Assembly (NCBI GenBank): GCA_036172245.1
Contig: JAYWIR010000013.1
Span: forward strand, 3,844,001-3,908,000
DNA from: Raillietiella orientalis
Taxonomy: Eukaryota
DNA: 64,000 nt
Reading direction: 5' to 3'
In this document: positions 26,153-36,411 of the stretch, in pieces
Numbering within the stretch: the stretch's first letter is position 1
Layout: each line of letters starts with the position of its first letter
Notes under the pieces: generated by a model
The model's input: the letters and a program-made list of their open reading frames with translations, nothing else
Databases searched by the model: none
Told to the model about the DNA's origin: nothing
Made by a program: the position numbers and the translations under genes

Positions 26153-26584
26153 AATTTTCGGAGCAAGAGTTGCGAACGGCGGCAGCCTACAAAGAGGGGG
26201 GGAAAATGGGTCATCTCTTCGTCCTCATCAGTCTGCAGCCCAATCGAAATGTCCCGTCGTTGCGTCACTCTTCTCGCGAGCTGCTTTGTCAGGTCCGGGC
26301 GGAATGCCACCCTACGAAAGAGGAATGGAAATTCCGATCCCGCCTCTCGCATCCGAAGTACCGATGACCCCCACGCCAGCGGCAGGTCGCTTTTCCATCT
26401 GCGCGGCGGCGGAGAACTTGCGGCTGGAGGAGGCTTCCGCGGAGTCCCGCTGGCAACGGTCAGCGGACCGCAAGCGGCAAACCTTTCCGCCTTCCAAAGG
26501 CGTGACTCCCTGCGCATCGGTCGTGTGAGCGTCTCAGTTGGCCATCACGTGCTGCGCAGCATCGTTCGAGCGAGTGGCTACTCT
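26153..26584 (+). repeat. Left arm of a 432-bp near-perfect inverted repeat
   Basis: Reverse complement of 28058-28489; only a handful of mismatches, several near the outer end; ORF track shows near-identical peptides on opposite strands. Confidence 0.97.
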
Positions 26585-27922
26585 TGCCAGCTTCCTCTCA
26601 TCTTCGCGCTTGTTTCACGCCGAGCACTCGCATCCTGTCAGCCTGGAGCAGGGAACCCTCCTGCCGTCGCCAATCAAGATGTCATCTCTCTGTAACCCAT
26701 CAGCAGGCAGCTGCCCTAAGAGGCACGACTCCAGCCGAAGGTAAACTCCCCGCGAGTCGTCACTCCTGGCGGGTGATTAAGGCGCACTTGAGGTGGTGGC
26801 CGAACAGGCTTGCTCCCCGAATGGCGCACCTCGACAAGAAGCGCTCGTGCGTACTTGAAGACCTGAGCAAACATCGTTTCGTTCTTGCGGCTTCACCTCC
26901 TTCTCCCCGTTTGCCTCGAAGAATGAAAAAAAGTGAAAGGGAAGAAGAGCGCTCAGGTTGGCAAACAAATCTGCCGCCTGGGTCTCTCTCTCTCCCTCTC
27001 CCCTCTGCCCGGGAGAGGTGCGCGCGCAAGCGTGCCCCCGCACTTGAACGCATTCTTCGGGAAGGCTCGAACGAGGGTGAATCGAATGAAGATGGGCAAG
27101 CCGAGCACTTCTTGCGCAGCATTCTCGGTCGGTGCTCCTCCCGCTCTCCGGCGCACCCGCTATTGGGGGGAGGGGTCGGAGGGGGCAGCGAAGCACAAGC
27201 GTTCCTCCTGGAAGGCGCTTGCATCGGATCGGTCCAACAGGAAGCGGAAGTCCCAGGTGCGATCGAATTTGCGCACGGCGACGGGCGGGACGTTTGTTTG
27301 CAGCAAAAACGAACGCTCCTACGCCTGAAGGGATGAGTGCAGCCAGCGCAAGAGTCCCTAGTGCGGTGCAGGAAGAGCAAAGGAAGGAGTAGATCACCCG
27401 GTTTGGGGTGCCTCTTTCCCTGCGAATGATTGCCTGCAGCTCTTCGTGGACTCTTGTCTCAAGGCACTTACACTTACAGCTACTCCGAGCAGCCTCCTAG
27501 TCATCTGGAAGACGTCCTTACAGAATCTTTGCTGTTTCAGGGAGTAGCTGGCCACCACGGCTGCACGTACAATGTAGGCGATGGTGACAGAGTCCACCTT
27601 CGATAGGGCGTCTTGTCGGAAGAGCTCTTCGAGGAACCCAGTTTGGGAGGGGCAGGCTTCGTGCATTCCGCGAGGATGTGCGGAAGGGTTCCCTTTTCGC
27701 CGCATCTCTCGAATAGGGGGGTCATCTTCCTCCCTTGGTGAGACGGCATGGTCCGGTTGAGGCCAACAGGAGTTGGACCTTCAAGGGAAATCAGCGCTGA
27801 TGCTCGAAACGTGGACGGAACCGACACCGTGCTTTCGGGGAGATCCAGGTAGATCGCCCACTGTCTTGACCCTTTGGCTCCGGATGTTTTTCGCAGTGAC
27901 GCCGCCACCGGGCTGGACCCGA

Positions 27923-27954
27923 AGCTCCCCACAGACACCTCTCTGTGGGGAGCT
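27923..27954. repeat. Perfect 13-bp hairpin inside the inverted-repeat spacer
   Basis: AGCTCCCCACAGA-CACCTC-TCTGTGGGGAGCT. Confidence 0.95.
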
Positions 27955-28057
27955 GCGAGGTCTGTGGGAAAGTCAGGTCGAGGAACGGATTTCGCCTCTT
28001 TCGGTCTCGCTATCGTTCTCTTCTGCTGATAAATCGTAGAAATAATTGTAGTTTAAT

Positions 28058-28489
28058 AGAATAGCCACTCGCTCGAACGATGCTGCGCAGCACGAGATGG
28101 CCAACTGAGACGCTCACACGACCGATGCGCAGGGAGTCACGCCTTTGAAAGGCGGAAAGGTTTGCCGCTTGCGGTCCGCTGACCGTTGCCAGCGGGACTC
28201 CGCGGAAGCCTCCTCCAGCCGCAAGTTCTCCGCCGCCGCGCAGATGGAAAAGCGACCTGCCGCTGGCGTGGGGGTCATCGGTACTTCGGCTGCGAGAGGC
28301 GGGATCGGAATTTCCATTCCTCTTTCGTAGGGTGGCATTCCGCCCGGACCTGACAAAGCAGCTCGCGAGAAGAGTGACGCAACGACGGGACATTTCGATT
28401 GGGCTGCAGACTGATGAGGACGAAGAGATGACCCATTTTCCCCCCCTCTTTGTAGGCTGCCGCCGTTCGCAACTCTTGTTTTGAAAATT
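28058..28489 (-). repeat. Right arm of the 432-bp inverted repeat (spacer 1473 bp)
   Basis: Reverse complement of 26153-26584. Confidence 0.97.
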
Positions 28490-30956
28490 CTCCAATCCGT
28501 GATGCGCCCTCCGTCTCTGTCTTGCTGAAGCCACACCACCGTGGCACAAGTCCACACCATTCTGCGCATCATGGAAAGGACTTCCCCTAAGGAGCAAGAG
28601 AATTCAAAGAAATGGAAGCTGTGCGAGCTCTTGCACAACTCTCAAAAGATCGGGTCTTCGTCAGAGATCGGGATTTCTCTAAAGTCTTCGAGCTGGAACC
28701 AAATTGAACCGAAGGAGTCGTGGGGTCACAGGCCTTGCAGGGCAGCGTCTCTCAGCCTCTCCAGATCGTCTTGGCCATCGGAGGGTTTCGGCCATCTTCG
28801 TTGGGTTCCCGGGCGCATCTCGGAAGTCGCGCAGCGGACGGAACGCAGTGGTCGCAGTGCTTTTGCACTGAAGACTGAAAGGACACGAGGCACGTCAGGA
28901 GAATTCTGGAGCAGACGCGGAAGATGAAAGTTTACTAGAGGGATTTAGGGTCATATAAGAAAGTGCGAGGTGGAGATTTCCCTCAACTTCAACCGCTTCC
29001 TCGACCTGCAGAGGTTCCTCGGTCGTTTTTCGAGGGAGGCTGGTCCGAGAGAAGTGTCCAAGAGTGACGAGGGGAAGGGGCGGTGTTCTGTGTGGGAAGA
29101 GAGGGCATTTCGTCTTTTTCGTTCGGTGCCAGAGGGTTTCTTCTGCTCGTCCAAGCCTTCTTGCTTCCATTGCAGTGCTACAAGCTGGTAGTGCTTTTCT
29201 GACTCGACCGAGTAGGTCTGCTTTCGGTCTCTTGGAAGATCTCCTAGCTGGTCACATTCATCGGATGTCCAGGATGGTCTGGAAGCTGGACGACAGTATC
29301 ATATCGTGACATCATCCTGCGGCTATAACCCTGACAAAATAAAGCTCCTTGCGGTTGCTTCCGATGTCCGATATAGCCGTGACATTCCACTGGACTCGTG
29401 GGATCGGGCATCCTCCGGATGAAGGAGACATCAGAACGAAGGGCAGTGGTGTCCTACGGCTGGTACCAGCTGATGGAACCGGAGAATTTTGGGAAATGAT
29501 GGCGTGACCTCACGCAGACGGAACAAGAAGACTGTGCAGGATCTGAAGGCGGTGAAGTTTGCTCGGCTGGAGAGGGTGTTTTGTTCGACCCTTTTGTTCC
29601 ACGTGATTTCTCCCGTGTTCAGGGAGGGAGCACAGTGATTTCTCCGTTCTCGGAATTCCCAGCTCCTGAGGAAGGACGCCTCCGTTCCCGCATCTCCTGC
29701 GTTTCACGAGGGTTCGGAGCCAGGTTCGGGAAGGTGTTTTCCAAACGCGCGGTTCCCGTCGGGAACTGGCTTCGAGCCTCATCGCCTATCCGGATGCGAT
29801 GGAGTTTCCGGGAGAGGATCCGAAATCCTAGTGCGTCCGGCGCTAGGTTCCGCATCCTGCGTTGGACCGCCTGCAGTTCGATGTCCAGTAGTCCTGGCCA
29901 CCGAAATCCAGGTTGGGAGTGCGGTTTCGCCTCGTAGGAAGCGGGGAGGGTGACCCTTCCAGCGTGTGCCGGGGAGGGCTAACGGTGGCATCTCTGCGGT
30001 CGGAGAGCGGAGAAGAATCTGCCTTGTCCCGTCGCTCTCGTGCGTTCGATTCGCCAGTGCGACATCGCAACCAGCGATGGTTCCGTGGCTCTGGTGGACT
30101 AAGGCGCGATCGCGCCCTCCACGGGCGGAGGGAAGCGACGGAATTTGCCGGGCGGAGGAGCAGAGGCTTCCAGGCGCAGAAGACGGAAGAGCTGGGCTTT
30201 CGCTTGCCCCCCCCCCCCCCCCCCATACTCATCTTTACTCCTTTTCACGATTCCGAAATGCCATGCGGCAGAATCGCATCGGCGCAGAGGAGTGCGGAGA
30301 AGACACTGACCGATCTGCTTCTGCGCTGAAGATGGAAAATGGGAATGAAATTGGTTTCGCTGATCATCCGCACGTTCCTCAGAAAATTTAAGAGAAGGGA
30401 GAATCGCTCTCCTCAAATTGTCCTTAATGTGGCTGCGTGTGACAATCCGCGATCTCCGAACGTGCTAATCTGACAAACCTCCGCTTTATCTGTTGTTGCC
30501 TTGGGGACGTTCGGCTCCTTGCGGCTTGCATCAGCGCCAGAGCGCGCACAGGAACTTCCAGAGACACAAATCAGCGTGCCCAGCAGTGTGCCCGAAGAGA
30601 CCATTTGGAAGATGGAATGGAGTCTGCTTTGACGACCATTTATGATGTAAGGAGCGGGAAGGAACGGAAACCTCGTAATTACTGCGATCGTAGGGAGCAC
30701 GACTTCGATCTGCATCCATCTTCCATGTCGATAAGGTGGTCTTCTCCGGAGCTTCCCTGTTCAAGTATCGCAATTACGGTTTTCCGTACCTTTCTGCTTC
30801 CTATTTTTTTCCCCCCTTCTTCTTCGCATAATGGTTTCGGAGATGCCCACTTCTCGATAACATCTGCTGGCAGTCTTTCCTTCCTCCTTTGGGTAGATAA
30901 GATTAGCCGGATTCAAGGAAAGAGACAAATCAGCGTCACAGAATTTAATTTCGAAA

Positions 30957-31529
30957 TTGAAAACAACACGAACCATGAAATACAATTCTACAAGCAGCCG
31001 TAAATTTAGAGAGAGGCCAAAGTGGGTAGCCCGAAGAGGAGGAGGAGGATCCGGAAGAGGGGAGACTCTGCTGCTTGCCACAGCCGGAAACGGTACCACG
31101 CAATGCAACCTGATGTCTTTCCGATGTCGGCCGAAACGCCAGACCATCTCCTTCGATGTCAACGGCTCTTGGGTCGTGCCTGCGGCGAGCACCTTGGTCA
31201 CCGCGATCGCCGTCAGTTGGGGGTGGTGGTCAGCATCGACGGCGGCGGTCCTTACGTTGGTCACAGGATGAACGTTGGCTGTGGAGGATGGAACATCGGA
31301 GCAAACAACAGGGAAAGTCCCGTACGATCCGTGGAGGCAGTCGATTATCTACGTGGAAGAGATCAGAGTGCCATGGGATGGGCTCCTCGCTTCTGCTGGA
31401 AGACCCCGGAATCTCCCCCAGCAGCTGCAGATGCTTCAACGCTTTGTCGGAAGCTCCATGGACGTACACTTAGTGCCCGTCCGGGCTCTCGCCGAGACAG
31501 ACGTCGGAGCTTATGAGGACTCACTATAG
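30957..31529 (+). pseudogene. Possible WD40-like gene fragment (one frame, single internal TGA at 31269-31271)
   Basis: LLATAGNG, ISFDVNGSWVV, VTAIAVS and LAVEDGT resemble WD40 strands; no complete repeat. Confidence 0.25.
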
Positions 31530-33559
31530 ACCCGAAATGAATTTTTCTTCGTTGCGTTGCATCCTCGAAGGTCGCCTTCTCGCCGTAGCATCAGTGCTCG
31601 CTGTGGAAACCCCAGTTTGCCTCAGAAGACAGATTGCTGCATCCTGGGATCGTGCTCAGAGATGGCATGGCATAAAAAATGACCCCCTAGGCACTCTGAA
31701 AACGGAAAATACACCAAAACAGATTACTAACTGCGTAAGGAATTTCGAAATTAACATTGACCCGGTGTCAAGTCTCTGCTACTCCTACGTGTGTTTCAGC
31801 TCCCGAAAACCGTATTCCCGCATATTTGCCAATCAAAAACGAGGAACTGATTTGTACGCACATCACCATGAAATAAAACGTAATACAAATAATGTGATTT
31901 ATATTTGATTGTTTACCATATTCAGCTTAAACTTAATTTCCCTCCGACGCAAAAGACTCTGACCTCATCTGACCCACTTCTGCTTTCAGCGCTTTACTCC
32001 ATCACCAGACAATTAATTTATTATTCATAGGTTTACAGTTTTTGCTGTCTTGGGCGACGGCCTGAGCTTCGCAGCACTTTTTCCTTCGCCACCGGTTCCC
32101 CAGCGACCAGCCCTCCAGGGCTTTCAGCTACCAAATTTTGGACTCCATGCGGTCTCTGGCTGATGATACATTCTGTCTCCAGATCAAGATTCTGGATTCT
32201 CTTGTTCCATGTGGAAGTGGGAGCTCCATCTTGCAAAGCAGCAGTAGGCTTATTCGTTCTACTTTTTCAGTTCTTCTCCGAGACCTATGAGTGCGTGCTA
32301 ATGATCTGATCTGTGGAATATTCCAGCTCCAGAGACCAGACGTCCAGCAAGCAGGCCGGTCCACGTTTTCGATGGTGCGCCGCTGCCAAAACTGCACGCT
32401 TTGTGCGACAGCTCACACAGAAAGTGCTGGTCATACCCGATATCTGCTCGCAGGCCATCGCTGACCTGTGACTTCAGTGAGCGCAGCTGCTGCTCCAGGA
32501 ATTTGCTTCTGCGTCCGCAATGAATGGGTACCTTTTCTCTCGAAAACCTTCGCGCTGAGACTTTTTTCCTTTTTAAATCTTAGTTTTGGAATCAGGATTC
32601 TGGGTTTCAGCCAGGCACACGCTGTTTCCAAGGTGACCACGGCGTTTCCTTACGAAGGAAACGTACCCTTCTCTTGGTCTTCATGATATCCCCAGAGAAT
32701 CATGGCATGAATAGGGCGCAAATTACTTTCCGGTCCAGGTGAGGTCAACTGATGTTGAACTCATCTTCTGTATTTATCGTGCATGTGCTCTTACGAGCTT
32801 TTCATTCCCGCAGGTTCCGTGCGTGTTTCGAGAGCATGCACGTGATAAGGCACATCCTCTTTAGGGTGGCCTATTTAGTCGCGTGGTCATTCCCGATGCC
32901 GCTTGCCCATATGAGGAACGCCCCTATAGCATTAAAAGAAGCTCAACAAGGGAAAAATAAATACTAAATACGGGAAACTTTTTCTGGGAGATCCGAGAGA
33001 ACATTGGTAGTAGGGGTCCCTGGAAAGCTCTGACGCGAAGAACGACGAGGTGCTCCGGGAACCCGAGAATATCCCGCACAGAAACGAAAAGCACGGGAAG
33101 AGTCCTCCAACATCCAGCACAGTTGCGGCAGGCACTTGGATCGCCGTCCAGGACAAACCGCCAGAGGGCCTCCGTACCAGAGGACGGGATGGTGGAACGC
33201 TGCGAGGAATGTCTCTACTCGGACATCCGCTGAATGCGGCAGATTCGCAGCGAGGACTTTCGGAAGGCCGCAGAATCTCCTTCAATCCCGTTGCCATCCG
33301 AGAGGGAGCAACGAATTCGATCGGAACGGAGATCTTTCTCGAAAAAACGACATTCGAAGGAGGCGGGGGGCAGCAGGCGTCCTAGAGGAGTCACATTCGA
33401 GAAGTGGAGATCAGTGCCGCAGAATCAGGGGAGGGGGGTTGCGCGCGCGCGCGTGTGATGAGGGGTAGTCCCGGTCGCTGGTGACTTTTGACTCCCTGCG
33501 TCCATGCAGGTCGCAGGCCGGCTTCGCGCGCGCGGGATTCGGGGTTCCGGACGCTGTTC

Positions 33560-34360
33560 GGACTCTTGCACGGTTGCAGATCGTTGCGGTCCAGCGACTT
33601 TCAAAGCGATGAGATGCTGCGAGAACTGGAGGTCTTTCGGATTGCACGCAGACCGAGTGCGTGAGCTGATGGTCTCAAGACAACCGTACGGAACAGAAGC
33701 GATATTTATCGGGCTCTCAGGCTAGGTTGCCCTGCGGGTGAAGCGCTGGTCCTGTCCCCCGGAATTATGATGCTCGATAAACAAGATTTTCGGCAGCAAG
33801 TGGCACATGCAAGTGGACCATCTTGGAGCTCAGTGGAGTCTTTCGCAAAGAGTGCAAAAATCGCAGAGTCTCCCCCTTAATGTATGTTTGTACCTTCTTT
33901 ACCATTTCACCTTGTACAAGGAGCACAAAGACGTGTGTGAAGGGAGGAACTTGTACGATTCGTTCTGGTTAGGAAGTCGAAATGAATGCTCCATCTTCGG
34001 TACGAGGTGCGAAGTCGTATTCATCATCGACCTTTGTGTACAAGGACGTGAGCTTGGATGGAGGCTATGGTCAGTTCCGGGATTATAATGGCTATGGAGG
34101 GATAAAATTGATAAGAGTAGCTGAGGATATGATAAGGACGTGGTCGGCGGTGATCTTGGCTGTGAGTCGTGGGGAAAATGATGTTGGTTGAATTATGAGT
34201 CTTGTAGTTTGTAGGAGCGGGATGAAGAGAGATAGGGATATTTGGGCTCCTTCTGTAGTGTGATGGGTAAGCAAATGTCGGGGGGTTAAGGAAGATGAAA
34301 CAAAGTTGTCAGTTTGATAAGGCAATGAACCAGCAAGGAGATACGGGCGCTGCGTGGATA
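33560..34360 (-). mobile_element. Possible heavily degraded Penelope-like retroelement remnant
   Basis: Colinear motif-like peptides across frameshifts: IHAAPVS..FIA, HVL..S..LIN, SLYTKVD, NESYKFLP, YIKGETLRF, ENLVY; these resemble PLE RT (IHK.P..RPI, SLYTNID), thumb (YLP..S.HP..FIKGE..R) and GIY-YIG (NVVY) motifs; no ADD core seen. Confidence 0.4.
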
Positions 34361-35875
34361 TTATTATTCTTATTATTTTTTATGGTGGTCTTCAGGTTTC
34401 AGGCTTATCCCTCCAGAGAAACTCGCATTTTTTAAAAGCTGTTGATTTCGCGAGTTCCCTGATTTTGAAGGCTCCTGTCTTGGTTCCCCCGTTGGAAGCT
34501 TCAGTGCCTCATCGCAGCATCGGCAGGTGATCACCGAGTCGAGACCGACTCGAAAAGACATGCACGCACCTTATAAGGAATCTGACTGGATGAACGGAAA
34601 GAGGTACATCTCATGTAGAGCGTCGCACGCTCAAGAAGAGGGAGAATGGAGGAGTTGAATGGATGAAAGCGAAGCAGAAGAGCCACGGCAAAGCGAGCAG
34701 CTTTAGAAACGGTCTCCGTCGGATCGAAAGCGTCCTCAGCAAAAGAGACGCTCAGGAATGGCATCAGAAGAACACTGAGGACGGAAGGGTCGGTCAGCAG
34801 GAGAAAGAAGGATTCTGCCCGCGAAGATGCGAGGGTATCATCTGAAGGGAACGAATCCACTGGGTGCTCAGACTGCAACGCATCAATGCAGGTTGGTGAG
34901 AGAGGACGAAATCTCGATCTTGAATAGCATCCTGGATCCACTAAGGGATGACAGTCTTCTCATGAGACAGGAAGCGAGGAGGAACCAAATTTGCTGATGG
35001 AACACCTCCGTGATGGAAAGGCAGTCGAGGAAAGTTTCCCACCTCAACCAATGAGTTCTTGCAAAGAACGACGGAGTGCATCCGCCTTCCGAGAAACGAC
35101 GCGATCATCCCCGAACTCGCAGGAGTTCTTTCGGCGCCTCCTCCTCGGCGGAACGACTGCCTGCAGCGAGGACGCCATGCCGAGCGCTCCCCGCTCCAAA
35201 TCCGGAGTGCCATCAAACGCAATTGGAAACCGCGCCAGAAGCAACCCAATCCCCAGCCACTGCTTTCAGGAACCTTTGCCGAACCCCGCATGCGCTCAGA
35301 ATAGTCCCTGAGGTTGCGGCGATCACTCCCTCATCATCGGAACCGGAGCTTCGGATCAAAAAAAAAAAAAACCGGGAATCTCATCGTCTGCGGAATGCCG
35401 TCGAATGCCACACTCCCGGGAACGAAGGAAGACGGTTCTCCGCCCTGCACCGAAGACAGCCATTCCGCAAGAGCCGAAAGTTGCTATCCGGCTATCGTTG
35501 CGGCACTGCGCGGGAGCCGATCTTCTGCTCCTCCTGCAAGATGCAGTATTGATTTCGGCGAGATGGGAGATTTCGTCGGGAAATGAAATGGCACGCTTGA
35601 TCAAAGTGCAGATGAAATCCAGTATCTGAGCGTTTGTTTACTGGACCTGCTTTCGTCGAGATCAATCATCAAGCCGCGACTCGAAAAGGGATGCACCAGC
35701 TGCACGGTAGATGCTTGTAGGAATGGAAGCCGTTAGCGTGGGCCGAGAGAGAGCATGTTTCCTCCTGGAACGGCATCTAGATCTTCAGGAAGAGGAAGCA
35801 AAGTGGAGATTTTTCGGAAAGCACTTTGCTCCGTTGTGCCTAACGATTCCGAAGAAAGGGCTTAGGGTTTCGATG

Positions 35876-36411
35876 CTGCCCACGCTAAAGGCTGTGTGGG
35901 GCTGCGGCCTCCGCGAGCGGTACCCAACTGGTTGCTGGTTCGAATCCAACCGGGGAAGGATCGACGGCGAGAAGTCGGTGGTGCATTGTGGGTTTCGAGA
36001 AGACCCCTCTCCTGCAGGATGACGCCGGTTGCCCTACTGGCTTCGGGTCCGGCACTGGTGGATGCAGCCGGAAGTCGTATGACTGTGCCCACTGACTGTC
36101 CGAAATCGGAAGCTGACCCTCCGGGCTCCATCCAGGAATCAAGGAGCACCGGTTCTTTTCGACAATCCCCTCTGGGTGTGAAAATGGAGCCGTACTATGG
36201 TGCTGGTTGACTCCTTCCTCGAGGGCTGTCTCTCCGGAGCTCCATTCGGGGAGCTCCCCTTCAGAGAACTTGGGAGGCGTGTCTTCGGGATTTCTTTTGA
36301 AGACAACCAGGGTGAGAATTTTCCTTCGGGTTCCCCTACGAGGCGTAAGAGGAAAGCGCTCCTTCCTCCGGAGCCCTTTCTGCATCCCACAGGGTGGTTC
36401 ACTCCGCAGGG
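35876..36411 (+). mobile_element. Second copy of the hairpin-array element (head plus part of array, internally deleted, 3' truncated)
   Basis: CTGCCC...AGGCTGTGTGG 35889-35899, perfect B box GGTTCGAATCC 35937-35947; colinear blocks TCTCCTGCA, GGTGGAT..AGCCGG, CCAGGAAT(C/A)AAGGAG, AGACAACCAGG, CGT(A/G)AGAGGAA and CACAGGG shared with the 57151 copy. Confidence 0.75.

Noticed and set aside
26287..26310. SRP helix-8-like TCAGGTCCGGGCGGAA
   Set aside because: Loop is not GNRA and the AGCAG motif is missing
28411..28430. Hammerhead ribozyme core CTGATGAG in the inverted repeat
   Set aside because: Followed by GACGAAG, lacking GAAA and a proper stem II; no other complete hammerhead found by eye
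31518..31529. GACTCACTATAG, part of the T7 promoter
   Set aside because: Only 12 nt, no vector context; treated as chance
35889..35960. Functional tRNA gene (3' half resembles tRNA-Tyr)
   Set aside because: No anticodon arm or acceptor stem; it is the head of a dispersed repeat
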